DNA of 64,000 nucleotides from Myxococcota bacterium (GCA_965250285.1 OZ252299.1:4160001-4224000), one strand, 5' to 3'; counted from the first letter of the stretch, positions 47,402 to 56,850 are shown. Numbers and translations are program-made. Notes: a model not told the origin generated them from the letters alone.

Positions 47402-47821
47402 TCAACGCCGGGCGTCTGGCTTGGCCAGGATCACGCTTCGCACGGCCGCCGGGTCGCGCAGCGGCTTCACGCGCGCGGCACCGACTTCTTCACGCGTGAT
47501 CGGGGGCACCACCTCGACGCCGCCATACGTCGCGACGACCCAGTTGAGCAGCCTGGCCAGGCGCGCATCGTCGAGTGGCGCCTGGGCCGCACCCGGGACG
47601 CGCATCAGATAGTCACGGCCGCCCGGTCGCGTCGCGATCTCGCCGACGGCGCCGAGCCCCGGCACCACGCCGCCTACCCCTGCGCCATCGGATCCGTGAC
47701 AGGCCGAGCAATGGAGCACGTAATCCTCGTCGACCGGGGGCGACTCGGCCGCGGCGACCCAGGGCATGAGCCCCACCATCACGCCGAGAAGAGCGCGGGC
47801 GCAGCGCCCGAGCCGCGTCAC
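47402..47821 (-). CDS. Periplasmic monoheme cytochrome c at the end of the amine dehydrogenase operon
   Basis: GTG overlapping the mauA stop, signal peptide, CSACH heme motif and GRDYLMRVPG. Confidence 0.85.
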   Translation of the reverse strand: MTRLGRCARALLGVMVGLMPWVAAAESPPVDEDYVLHCSACHGSDGAGVGGVVPGLGAVGEIATRPGGRDYLMRVPGAAQAPLDDARLARLLNWVVATYGGVEVVPPITREEVGAARVKPLRDPAAVRSVILAKPDARR

Positions 47822-48369
47822 TTCTCGGGCTGCCCTTCGGTCGCGACCCCGAGCACGATCGCCACCGAGCAGTGGTAGGTCTGCACCTCGGCACCCGCGC
47901 ACCAGTTGATGTCGTTGCTGCGGAACCAGTGGTAGTCGGGCCGCTCGCCCTCGTTGCGGTTGCACATGCAGCGACCGCAGAACGACTTGCCGCAGCAGTC
48001 GTTGTACGAGATCAGGTAGTCGCGATCGTCGGCCGGATTGCGGCACGTGCCGACCCACGTCACCGGGCTCGTCTCGGTGCCGGGCGGACACTGACTGGCG
48101 CTGCCACCGCAGCACGCGCACGCGAAGCCGTCGATGCCGCAGTGGCGCCAGTAGTCGCAGCGCGTCTCGTCCCCGGCGTCGCCGTCCGGCTCTGGGGCAT
48201 CGACGCTCGCTGGCGCCGAGCCCCCGGCTCGCGCCACGGGCAACATCGGCATCACCGTGCCGCCGGCCATCACCGCGCCCAGCCGCGCGAGAAAGCTCCG
48301 TCGTCCGAGTCCGCGCGCGAGCCCACGCGACGATCGCTCGACCCACACGTCCAGTCGGCTGCGCTTCAT
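47818..48369 (-). CDS. mauA: TTQ amine dehydrogenase light (beta) chain, AADH/MADH family
   Basis: Tat motif GRRSFL; CDYWRHC.IDG; TTQ-forming Trp in SPVTWVGTC and NDINWC; 14 Cys. Confidence 0.95.
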   Translation of the reverse strand: MKRSRLDVWVERSSRGLARGLGRRSFLARLGAVMAGGTVMPMLPVARAGGSAPASVDAPEPDGDAGDETRCDYWRHCGIDGFACACCGGSASQCPPGTETSPVTWVGTCRNPADDRDYLISYNDCCGKSFCGRCMCNRNEGERPDYHWFRSNDINWCAGAEVQTYHCSVAIVLGVATEGQPEK

Positions 48370-49052
48370 TCGACCTTCTCCTGTCGCCGGGGCATCTCGT
48401 GCAGCGAGATCACCCGGCCGGGCTCGTCTTCGACTCGGCCCGATTCGTCGCTCGACCCCGCGAGGCTGCGCTCGGCCATGTGATCCTGGATCGTGGCGAC
48501 GCCCGTATCGTCGGCGACGAAGAGGCTCTCGAGGTGCTCGCGCGAGTTCACGAGCCCGCGCGAGCGCAGCGTGCCCTGCCCGTCGATCAACACCGCCGTC
48601 GGGAGCTTGGCGACCTGATACGCCAGACCGAGATCGGTCGAGACGAGATAGGGGATGCCCTCGAGACCATGCGACTCGACAAACGCCCGGTGCGACGCGA
48701 GCGTGCCCCCGTCGCTCGCGAGCAGCAGACGCACCTCGTTCGCCTCGTCGCGCACGACCTTGCGAAGCGTCGGCAGCAGCGAGTCACAGACCGGACAGGT
48801 GGGCGAGAGAAAGAAGAGCAGCGTCCGCGGGCCTGCGCCGCCGACCCGCACCGGCTGCCCATCGAGGTCGGTTACCTCGAGCTCGGGCGCGGGCTCACCG
48901 ACCTGCGGCCCCTGCGCGTGCATCAGCGCCCCGACCGGCGCGATGCGCTCGTGGAGCAGACCGATCTGCCGCGCGAGCGCCGCGACGACGCAGCCGAGGA
49001 CGACCACGATCAGCCAGAGCAGCCCATTCGAGACGAGGATCGCTTCGTTCAT
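48366..49052 (-). CDS. mauD: Amine dehydrogenase accessory thioredoxin-like protein MauD
   Basis: LARQIGLLHERIAPVGAL, SPTCPVC and GLVNSREHLESL motifs. Confidence 0.95.
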   Translation of the reverse strand: MNEAILVSNGLLWLIVVVLGCVVAALARQIGLLHERIAPVGALMHAQGPQVGEPAPELEVTDLDGQPVRVGGAGPRTLLFFLSPTCPVCDSLLPTLRKVVRDEANEVRLLLASDGGTLASHRAFVESHGLEGIPYLVSTDLGLAYQVAKLPTAVLIDGQGTLRSRGLVNSREHLESLFVADDTGVATIQDHMAERSLAGSSDESGRVEDEPGRVISLHEMPRRQEKVE

Positions 49053-49627
49053 CGCAAACCGCCCCGCTGTGCCGGCGCGACCGGGGTCGCGGCGAGCGTG
49101 TGAATCGACGTCCAGACGAGGGCGAGGGCCGCCCAGCCGCCGACGAGAGAGAGCGCGTCGAACCAGTGGAGGGCGCGCCCCGACGCCGGGAGCACCGCGA
49201 GGCTCGTCGCGGCGAAGGCCAGCACCGCGTTGCGCACGAGCAGCCAGGGGCCGATCCGCACCGAGCCGCCAGCGGGGCCCAGGCACCCGCAGTCGATGTC
49301 GCGGCGACCGCGGGCGAGATTGATCGAGATGGCCGTCGCGTACAGCGCGAGCAGGCCGACGGCGACGCACGCCGTCACCACGCCTCCCACCGAAGCCGGG
49401 CCGAAGCCCGTGAGGACGAAGCCGACGGCCACGGTGGCCTCGGCCCCCGATACGCCGAGTGCGACGCCCCGCGCCCAGCCCGTCGGCACCACTGCGTAGT
49501 CGGCGATCGTCTGCGCCGCCGCGCCGAGGTCGCTCGCCTTGTGCCACGCGGCCTGGGCGAAGACGCCGGCCAGAGCCAGCCGCAGCAGCCAGCCGATCAT
49601 CGGGTCGAGGTCGATGGGCGGCGTCAC
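49049..49627 (-). CDS. mauE: Methylamine utilisation membrane protein MauE
   Basis: AAWHK, INLARGRRDIDCGC.G and LVRN motifs; GTGA overlap with mauB. Confidence 0.93.
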   Translation of the reverse strand: MTPPIDLDPMIGWLLRLALAGVFAQAAWHKASDLGAAAQTIADYAVVPTGWARGVALGVSGAEATVAVGFVLTGFGPASVGGVVTACVAVGLLALYATAISINLARGRRDIDCGCLGPAGGSVRIGPWLLVRNAVLAFAATSLAVLPASGRALHWFDALSLVGGWAALALVWTSIHTLAATPVAPAQRGGLR

Positions 49628-50982
49628 GGCGTCTCCAATCGAGAGCCGCCGAGGCCCACCTGCGACAGGTCGCGTAGATGCTCGCCGGTCAGGCCGTCGA
49701 GCACCGAGACCGAGCCGCGCTCCGAGTTGCGCACGAACACGCGCGGCGCGTCGTCGCTCGAGACGGTGATCGTATCGGCACCTTCGCGGGGGATCAGCGT
49801 CTGCAGCAGCCAGGGCACGAAGCCATCCGGACCGATCTCGAGCATGTCGATCAGGAACGCCGCGGTGAAGTTCGGCAGCTCGACGCGCGCGACCCGCTCG
49901 CGGCCGACCGTGTCGAAGATCCACATCTCGGGCCCGGGATCCTTATGGGTGCCCGGCCCCCCCTGATGGAAGAGCACGTAGAGACGACCGGTCGGGGCGT
50001 TTGCCGCCAGCAGCTGGCGTCCGCCGGGCCGCCAACCGGCCTTCGCCTCGGCCTCGTCGACGAGCGACCAGCTGTCGACGGTCGGCGCGCGCCCCGGTGC
50101 GCCGGCGAAGTCGACGCCGTGAATCGCACCCGAGAAGGTCGGGAAGTACCAGACGTCGCCGATGCGGCCGGCGGCGAGCATCGCCGGATCGTTCACCGCG
50201 TCGAAGAAGGGCTCGCTCGCGACGTCGGCGACGAGCTGGCCGGCTTCGTCGAATGCATAGACGTGCACGGTGCCATTGCCGCAGAGCATCGCGAAGGCCC
50301 GCGGGCCGACGGGATAGATGCCAGCACAGCCGGCGGTCGGCAGCTGGTTCAGGTAGGCCCGCTGCTCGAGGTCGATGATCGTGACACCGGTGACCGGAAA
50401 CTGGTTGAACACCGCCAGGTAGCGATCGCCGTCGAGCAGCGCGGTGTAGGCCAGCGACGCGGCGCTCTCGCTCGCGCGCGTCGGAAAGACGATGTCGCCC
50501 TTCACCTCGAGGGTCTCGTCGTCGTAGATCGTCACGAAGTCGGTGCGGCGACCGCGGCGACCGCGGTCGTAGACGATCTCGACCGAGTAGAACTCGCGCC
50601 GGTCGGGCGCATAGAGCGGCGGCTTCGGCGAGAGGGTCGTCCCGCTGTCGATGGTGGCGACCATTTCACCGCTGTCGCCGTCGTAGAGCTGGGCGTGCAG
50701 AAGGACGGCGTCGACCACCCACACGAAGTGCGGGCCGACCGGCGGCAGCGTCGCCGAATCGAGCCGACCCACCGACGCGGCGGCGGTGCGCTCGGCGTCG
50801 GAGGCACGAGCGTTCGCAGCGAAGAACAAGAGGGCGAAGAAGAGGGCGAGGCCGACGAGCAGCCACATGAACACCCGAAGCAGACTCGGGCCGTTCGATG
50901 GCGGCCGCTTCGCCAGGCGCCCCGTCGCCCCGGAGCGGAGGTACGGCGGGCACGCGAACTCGGTGCCGGAGGGCTCGATCAC
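49624..50982 (-). CDS. mauB: Amine dehydrogenase heavy (alpha) chain, beta-propeller
   Basis: RG.RTDFVTIYD..TL, P.AGC..IYP, LCGNG, WRPGG.Q and GTHKDPG motifs; GAGGAG RBS before the GTG. Confidence 0.92.
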   Translation of the reverse strand: MIEPSGTEFACPPYLRSGATGRLAKRPPSNGPSLLRVFMWLLVGLALFFALLFFAANARASDAERTAAASVGRLDSATLPPVGPHFVWVVDAVLLHAQLYDGDSGEMVATIDSGTTLSPKPPLYAPDRREFYSVEIVYDRGRRGRRTDFVTIYDDETLEVKGDIVFPTRASESAASLAYTALLDGDRYLAVFNQFPVTGVTIIDLEQRAYLNQLPTAGCAGIYPVGPRAFAMLCGNGTVHVYAFDEAGQLVADVASEPFFDAVNDPAMLAAGRIGDVWYFPTFSGAIHGVDFAGAPGRAPTVDSWSLVDEAEAKAGWRPGGRQLLAANAPTGRLYVLFHQGGPGTHKDPGPEMWIFDTVGRERVARVELPNFTAAFLIDMLEIGPDGFVPWLLQTLIPREGADTITVSSDDAPRVFVRNSERGSVSVLDGLTGEHLRDLSQVGLGGSRLETP

Positions 50983-51175
50983 GGACCGGTCTCCTCACGT
51001 CGGCGCACCGCGGGACGCGCGGCTCTACGGCCGGCGGCCGGGGGGCGCCTCGACCCGAGTCTAGAGCCGCGAGGCGGGCACTGCATCGCGTGCGATCGGC
51101 CCCATGAGACCCCTCGACGAGACCCGGTGCGGCCCGGCTAGACTCGGTCGCAGCTCAGACACGAGGAAGGGGGCC

Positions 51176-51856
51176 ATGGAAGCCACTGCCAACACGACAC
51201 GCCGTCCCAGGCTCAGGCATCGCGCCGCGCGAACGGCGATCGCCTGCGCGTGCGCCGCGGCTACGCTCGGCCTGCTGTGCGCGGGCGTCGCCGTCGCGCA
51301 GGACGACGCCAACCCGCCGCCGCGGGGTCCATCGGGCTACGCCCGCCCGGGCATCTACCTCGCCGTCGCCGGCGGCGCGCTGATCAAGACGTTCGACCTG
51401 CCCGACGGCATCACCGATCAGATCGGCGAGAGCGCGTACATCGGGGGCAAGATCGGCTCGCGTCACAACCGCTGGATCGCCACCGAGACGAGCGTCGACT
51501 ACGGCCTGAAGGCCTTCGAGCTCGACGATTCGAACGACTTTATCCCCGGCGTGCCCGTCGAGATGAATCCCCTCTACGTGTCGGGCAACGTGAAGCTCTA
51601 CGCGCTCGATGGTCGCTGGCAGCCATGGGTGGCCGGCGGGATCGGCGGCGCCTGGGCGTTCTTCGAGGCCCGCGTCGCCGGATCGACGGTCAACGTAACG
51701 CGCGGCTCGTTCCTCGGACGCGTCGGCGGCGGGCTCGACTTCTACATCAACCGAAGCATCGTGATCGGCCCCGAGCTGTACTGGAACGCCACGACCGGCG
51801 ACCTGCAGGATCTGCGCACCCTCTCGATCGGCGCGAACGTCTACTTCCGCTTCTGA
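51176..51856 (+). CDS. Outer-membrane beta-barrel protein (OmpA/porin-like)
   Basis: Signal peptide, amphipathic strands, QPWVAGGIG, GGGLDFY and terminal YFRF. Confidence 0.85.
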   Translation: MEATANTTRRPRLRHRAARTAIACACAAATLGLLCAGVAVAQDDANPPPRGPSGYARPGIYLAVAGGALIKTFDLPDGITDQIGESAYIGGKIGSRHNRWIATETSVDYGLKAFELDDSNDFIPGVPVEMNPLYVSGNVKLYALDGRWQPWVAGGIGGAWAFFEARVAGSTVNVTRGSFLGRVGGGLDFYINRSIVIGPELYWNATTGDLQDLRTLSIGANVYFRF

Positions 51857-51886
51857 CCGCGTCCGACGTCATGACCCCGAAGAACA

Positions 51887-51920
51887 GAACCCCGGTCGAG
51901 CAGCCGCTCGACCGGGGTTC
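51887..51920. terminator. Perfect 15-bp hairpin between convergent genes (probable bidirectional terminator)
   Basis: GAACCCCGGTCGAGC-agcc-GCTCGACCGGGGTTC. Confidence 0.75.
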
Positions 51921-51949
51921 GTCGTGTTCAGCAGCGTCGAAGCCCGTGC

Positions 51950-52714
51950 CTAGCTGCGGCGGCGCCCCGCCACGCCGAGCCCCGCGAGACCCAGGCCCAT
52001 CAGCAGCGCCGTCGTGGGCTCGGGGACGATCTCGATGTTGTCGATCGCGCCCGAGCCGCCCAGCAGGAACTCCGCCTTGACGAACTCGCCGAGGCCGAGC
52101 TCCTTCGAGGCGTACGGAGTGATGCGGTTGGCCGTGTTGTCGCCGATGTCGAGGCCCGCGAGCACGACGTCGAAGTCGATGCGGACCGAGGCGCCCGAGG
52201 CGTCCCAGAGCGTGAGCGCGCCGTTCTCGGCGACCGCGCTGTCGATGTCGATCAGGTCGAAGCCAAAGATCGACGTCGGCGTCGAGAACTCGAGGGTCAG
52301 CGTGCCCGCCGGGCGCCGGCCTTCGTCATCGGGCCGGCTGCAGACGCCGCTCTCACAGCCCGCGTCGTTCTCCTGGAGGATCAGCAGATTGCCGAGCACT
52401 TCGCCGACGAGGTTGCCACCGGCCCAGTCGTCCTCGAGGTCGCTGTCTTCGGTGCCGGTGGCGGTCGAGTCGAACGCCACCGCGTAGTCGAAGTCGCGCT
52501 GGAAGCTCTCGGCGATGATGGTGACACCCGAGACGTTCGTGACGACCTCGCCGTTCGCGAGCCCTTCGAAGTCGATCGTCAGGGCCGAGGCCGGGAGCGC
52601 CCCGAACACGAGAGACAGAAAGAGGATCGCGGGAGCCGCGATCACGGGGTGGAGCCGGTCACCGGCTCGGGGGGGTGTGGTTCGCATCGGTCGCATCCGC
52701 CTGAGAGCATCCAT
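51950..52714 (-). CDS. PEP-CTERM exosortase-target surface protein (start uncertain: 52714, 52696 or 52687)
   Basis: Signal peptide ...PASA, TIDFE and C-terminal VPEPTTALLMGLGLAGLGVAGRRRS. Confidence 0.92.
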   Translation of the reverse strand: MDALRRMRPMRTTPPRAGDRLHPVIAAPAILFLSLVFGALPASALTIDFEGLANGEVVTNVSGVTIIAESFQRDFDYAVAFDSTATGTEDSDLEDDWAGGNLVGEVLGNLLILQENDAGCESGVCSRPDDEGRRPAGTLTLEFSTPTSIFGFDLIDIDSAVAENGALTLWDASGASVRIDFDVVLAGLDIGDNTANRITPYASKELGLGEFVKAEFLLGGSGAIDNIEIVPEPTTALLMGLGLAGLGVAGRRRS

Positions 52715-53105
52715 TGGAGTAGGCCGGCCCCCGAAACCAGGGGGTGGGCACACAGGGAAGTGGCGCGAGCGGGCGGTTTGTGGCTCACAATATGTCGATA
52801 GTCTTCGCGCCCGAGCGGAACCCGGTACGGGCTTGGGACGGGCGGCCAGCGGCAGACGACTTCGCGCGCGACGACGGGTTTGCCACCCACGTGGCGCCCG
52901 ACCGCGGCCGAGCGGAGGTGTCGGCTCGGCGGCACGGGCAGATCTTCCCATCCTCGGGCGTCGCCCCCCGCGGCCCGGTCGCCGGGCGATGGTCGCGAAA
53001 CCCCCAACTCGGTTATTGCTACCGAAATCGAAGCGAATGTGCTCGTCCGGGCTCACGGGGTCGGCTCGCTCGATCGACCAGAGGTGGCCGGGTAGACTGC
53101 CCGCG

Positions 53106-55145
53106 ATGGCCCCTCCCCCCTCCCCCGGACGCCTACTGAATCGCGAGCTGTCGTGGCTGGACTTCGACCGCCGTGTGCTCGCGCTCGCGTCCGATCTGCG
53201 GCGGCCGCTGCTCGAGCGCCTGAAGTTCGTCGCGATCTATGCGCAGAACCTCGACGAGTTCTTCCAGGTGCGAGTCGCCGACTTGCAGGACCAGTACGAA
53301 GCCGAGCCCGGGCGCACGTCGGCCGACGGCCTGACGCCCGGCGAGCAGCTCGATGAGATCCGGGCCCGCGTCTCGGCCCTCGCCAGCGAGGCGCACGCGC
53401 TCTTCGAGCACGAGCTGCGGCCCGCCCTCGGCGAGGCGGGCATCGGCCTGGTGTCTTGGCGCGACCTGACGCCGACCGAGCGACGCGAGGCCAAGCGCCG
53501 ATTCGATGTCGAGGTGATGCCGGTGCTGATCCCGCTGGCCGTCGACTCGGCGCACCCGTTCCCGTACCTCTCGGGCCTCTCGCTCTCGGTCGGCGCCGTC
53601 GTCTGCCATACGCCCACCGGCGAGGAGCGCTTCGCGCGCATCAAGGTGCCGTCGTTCGTGCCACGCTTCTTCCGGGTTGGCCGCGACCGCTGGGTGCCGA
53701 TCGAAGAGATGATCCAGGCGAGCTTCCGACGCTTCTTTCCCGAAGACGAGATCCTCGAGCTCGGCTGCTTCCGCGTGACCCGCGACGCCGACCTCGACGT
53801 CGACGACCGCGACACCGTCGATCTCGCGAGCGAGATCGAGCACGAGCTGCGGCGGCGCACCCGGCAGAGCGACGCCGTCCGCCTCGAGGTCGACAAGGGT
53901 GTCGGCCGGCTCATGCGCGAGTACCTGATGAGCGAGCTCGTCCTCGACGACGACGACGTCTATGTCGCGCCGGGCATGCTCGACTGGTCGGCGCTCTTCG
54001 AGCTGGTGAAGCTCGATCGCCCCGAGCTGAAGGATCCGCCGTGGCAGCCGCGACGGATCCGCGCGCTGACGAGCGAGCGACCCGCCGACTTCTTCCAGGC
54101 GCTGCGCGAGCGCGACTTTCTCGTGCACCATCCCTACCAGAGCTTCGAAGGCTCGGTCGAAGAGCTGGTGCGCGCGGGCGCCGAAGATCCGCACGTGCGG
54201 CTCGTGATGTGCACGCTCTATCGCACGGGCGGCCCCGAGAGCGGGATCATGCGCGCACTCGAGCTCGCGGCGGCGCGCGGCAAGCAGGTGCTGGTGCTCG
54301 TCGAGCTGAAGGCCCGCTTCGAAGAGGCCGCCAACCTCGAGCGTGCACGCCACCTCGAGAAGGCCGGCGCCCACGTCGTGTACGGCGTGATGGGTCTCAA
54401 GACGCACGCGAAGATCGCGCTCGTGATCCGCGCCGAGCCCGACGGCCTGCGGCGCTACTGCCATGTCGGCACCGGCAACTACAACCCGGTCACCGCGCGC
54501 CTCTACGAGGACATCGGCATCCTCACGTCGGCCCCCGAGATCACCCTCGACGTCGCCGAGGTCTTCCAGCGACTCACGAGTGGCAGCGGCGCTCGCGACT
54601 ACGCCCGGCTGTTGATCGCGCCGGAGCGCCTGCGCGAGGGCCTGCTCACGCGCATTCGAGAGCAGACGCACCGCCACGGTCGCATCGTGTTCAAGATGAA
54701 CAGCCTCGCCGACCCCACCATCATCGAGGCGCTCTACGAGGCGTCGCGGGCCGGCGCACAGATCGATCTGATCGTGCGCGGCATCTGCTGCCTGCGCCCA
54801 GGGGTCGACGGCCTCTCGGAGCGCATTCGTGTGCGGTCGATCGTCGGGCGCTTCCTCGAGCACTCGCGCATCTTCCGCTTCGGTGACCCGGTCGACGGCG
54901 CCGAGTACTGGCTCGGCTCGGCCGATCTCATGCCTCGCAATCTCGATCTCCGGGTCGAGACGCTCGTCCCGGTCGACGACCCTGCGCTGCGGTCGCGCCT
55001 CGACCGCGTACTGGCCGTCTACCTGCAGCCCGATATTCGCGCCTGGGAGCTGGGCGCCGACGGCCGCTGGAAGGAGACGGGCGGCCAGCGCGACGCGCAA
55101 GAGGTCTTCGTGCGCGCCATTGAGCGCCAGGACGCCACGCGCTGA
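53106..55145 (+). CDS. ppk1: Polyphosphate kinase 1
   Basis: NRELSWLDF, NLDEFFQVRVA, HHPY.SF, ELKARF.E, KTHAK, GTGNYN and GRFLEHSR motifs. Confidence 0.97.
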   Translation: MAPPPSPGRLLNRELSWLDFDRRVLALASDLRRPLLERLKFVAIYAQNLDEFFQVRVADLQDQYEAEPGRTSADGLTPGEQLDEIRARVSALASEAHALFEHELRPALGEAGIGLVSWRDLTPTERREAKRRFDVEVMPVLIPLAVDSAHPFPYLSGLSLSVGAVVCHTPTGEERFARIKVPSFVPRFFRVGRDRWVPIEEMIQASFRRFFPEDEILELGCFRVTRDADLDVDDRDTVDLASEIEHELRRRTRQSDAVRLEVDKGVGRLMREYLMSELVLDDDDVYVAPGMLDWSALFELVKLDRPELKDPPWQPRRIRALTSERPADFFQALRERDFLVHHPYQSFEGSVEELVRAGAEDPHVRLVMCTLYRTGGPESGIMRALELAAARGKQVLVLVELKARFEEAANLERARHLEKAGAHVVYGVMGLKTHAKIALVIRAEPDGLRRYCHVGTGNYNPVTARLYEDIGILTSAPEITLDVAEVFQRLTSGSGARDYARLLIAPERLREGLLTRIREQTHRHGRIVFKMNSLADPTIIEALYEASRAGAQIDLIVRGICCLRPGVDGLSERIRVRSIVGRFLEHSRIFRFGDPVDGAEYWLGSADLMPRNLDLRVETLVPVDDPALRSRLDRVLAVYLQPDIRAWELGADGRWKETGGQRDAQEVFVRAIERQDATR

Positions 55146-55171
55146 GCGCCAGGACGCCACGCGCTGAGCGC
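55121..55171. repeat. 22-bp tandem duplication spanning the ppk1 stop codon
   Basis: TGAGCGCCAGGACGCCACGCGC x2 plus a partial TGAGCGC. Confidence 0.9.
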
Positions 55172-55323
55172 GATCCGGTGTGCGCAAGGTTTCGCACACC
55201 CACCCCAACGAACCGGCGACGACGCGGCGCCTGCGACCTTCGATTGGGCAGCGCCTGACCCCCGCGTGCGCACGCACGCGCCGGCTGCGTGCTCTCGAGG
55301 CCCTTCGCGCTTCGGTATTCGAC

Positions 55324-55347
55324 ACAATCGTTGGCACGATTGTTGGA
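55324..55347 (+). promoter_or_regulatory. Sigma-54-like -24/-12 element embedded in an 8-bp inverted repeat
   Basis: TTGGCACG-attg-TTGGA (GG instead of GC at -12), overlapping ACAATCGT-tggc-ACGATTGT. Confidence 0.5.
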
Positions 55348-55408
55348 GTGTGATCTCCCATGCGCCCGAGGCTCGATCCTGCGAGCGGGGGCGCCCGGGG
55401 GATTCACC

Positions 55409-56686
55409 ATGGAGATCGTCACCGAAGCCAAGCTCGACCCGCCGCGCCTCAATGTGGCGCCGCCGCTCTTTCGCCGGCTGCCCGACCCGCTCGACCTGCG
55501 CGACGAGGTGCAGCTCGAGTGCCTCCTCGCCGCTGCCGACGAGCTGCTCGCACGCGCCGACGACGCCGCGACCCTCGACCAGCTCGACTGGATGGCGCAC
55601 GCCTCTCCCGAGCGCTGGTCGATTGCCGCGCGCCTGGTCGTCAAGCTCGCTCGCTCGAAGCAGGCGGTGCAGCGTCGCGTCGGTCCCCTGCACCTCTCGG
55701 TCATCGTGCCGCTCTACAAGGAACACGAGCGCATGCTGCGCCCCGAGTCACATCCGAACGGCGAGGCGTTCATCGATCGCAAGATTCGCCAGCTCGACTG
55801 GCTGCTCGCCTCGAAGCCCGGGGCCGAGTGGGAGCTCTGCCTCGTCGATGACGGCTGTCCGTTCGACAGCGGTCGACTCGCCGAAGCCTGGCTCGCCGAA
55901 CGCCACCCCGACGCGAACGCGCGAGTGCTCTTTCTCGAAGAAGCGATCCGCGACGGCGTCGCGCCCGTGCGCGATCTCGGCGGCGTCGACGAGAGCCGCA
56001 AGGGCGGTTCGATCCATCTGGGGCTCCACGACGTCACGCGCGTCAAGCGGTCGGGGCACGTCGTCGTCTACACCGACGCCGATCTCTCGACGCATCTCGG
56101 ACAGACCGGTCTGCTGATCGAGGCGATCGACGAGCCCGGCACGCTGATGGCGGCCGGGTCGCGCCGACATCCGCTCTCGGTGGTCGCGAAGAGTGCGGCG
56201 CGAAGCGCCCGGGGGCGGCTCTTCATCTATCTCTGGAAGAAGCTGCTCCCCGAGCTCGCGTATCTCGACGACACCCAGTGCGGGTTCAAGGCGATGGCCG
56301 GAGGCACCGCGCGCCGACTCGTCGAGCGTCCGCTGCTCGAGCGCGGCTTCGCCTTCGACATCGAGCTGCTTCTGCGCGTCGAGCAGAATCTCGGTCGCGC
56401 GGTCGCCGACGTGCCGATCGCGTGGATCGACAGCGAGGCGGCGTCGACGACCACCGAGCTCGAACCGTATCTGCCGATGCTGCGCAGCGTCAGCGGGCTC
56501 TACCGCGCCCTGTGTCCGCCGCGCGATGTCTCGGATCGGTTCGCAGACGCCATCGAGTCGATGAGCGAGGCCGACTGGCGGCACGCGGTCGACGAGCTGG
56601 CGCCGCCGCTCGAGACCGTCGACACGGCGCTCGATCGATCGAGCACGCCGCTGCCGGCTTCGGCGCTGCTGCAGCAGGCGGCCTGA
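55409..56686 (+). CDS. Family 2 glycosyltransferase (dolichyl-phosphate glucosyltransferase-like)
   Basis: LSVIVPLYKE, VDDG, KGG, YTDADLS, GSRR, DTQCGFKA and FAFDIELL motifs. Confidence 0.85.
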   Translation: MEIVTEAKLDPPRLNVAPPLFRRLPDPLDLRDEVQLECLLAAADELLARADDAATLDQLDWMAHASPERWSIAARLVVKLARSKQAVQRRVGPLHLSVIVPLYKEHERMLRPESHPNGEAFIDRKIRQLDWLLASKPGAEWELCLVDDGCPFDSGRLAEAWLAERHPDANARVLFLEEAIRDGVAPVRDLGGVDESRKGGSIHLGLHDVTRVKRSGHVVVYTDADLSTHLGQTGLLIEAIDEPGTLMAAGSRRHPLSVVAKSAARSARGRLFIYLWKKLLPELAYLDDTQCGFKAMAGGTARRLVERPLLERGFAFDIELLLRVEQNLGRAVADVPIAWIDSEAASTTTELEPYLPMLRSVSGLYRALCPPRDVSDRFADAIESMSEADWRHAVDELAPPLETVDTALDRSSTPLPASALLQQAA

Positions 56687-56771
56687 CCCGCCGCACGCGG
56701 CGCGGCTGCAACAGGCGGCCCGAACCGCCATACGCGGCGCTGCTGCAACAGGCGGCCTGACCCGACGTACG
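56661..56771. repeat. Three 37-bp tandem repeats, the first overlapping the GT2 3' end
   Basis: CGGCGCTGCTGCARCAGGCGGCCTGACCCG... units starting at 56661, 56698 and 56735. Confidence 0.9.
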
Positions 56772-56850
56772 CGGCAGCGCCGCGTTTGTATGCCCCATCA
56801 GCGATTGACATCGCCGCTCCGCCTGCCATCGTCGCCGCCGGAGGGGCGAC

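Noticed and set aside
47818..50982. Evidence of methylotrophy (true methylamine dehydrogenase)
   Set aside because: The light-chain Cys pattern is AADH-like, and no mauG, mauF, amicyanin or C1 genes are in the window; the substrate is undetermined.
52715..53105. Sigma-54/PEP-CTERM-box promoter upstream of the PEP-CTERM gene
   Set aside because: I found no correctly spaced GG-N10-GC element on the minus strand.
56661..56771. 37-bp repeats as a mini CRISPR array
   Set aside because: The units are directly adjacent with no spacers, derive from the gene end, and no cas genes are present.
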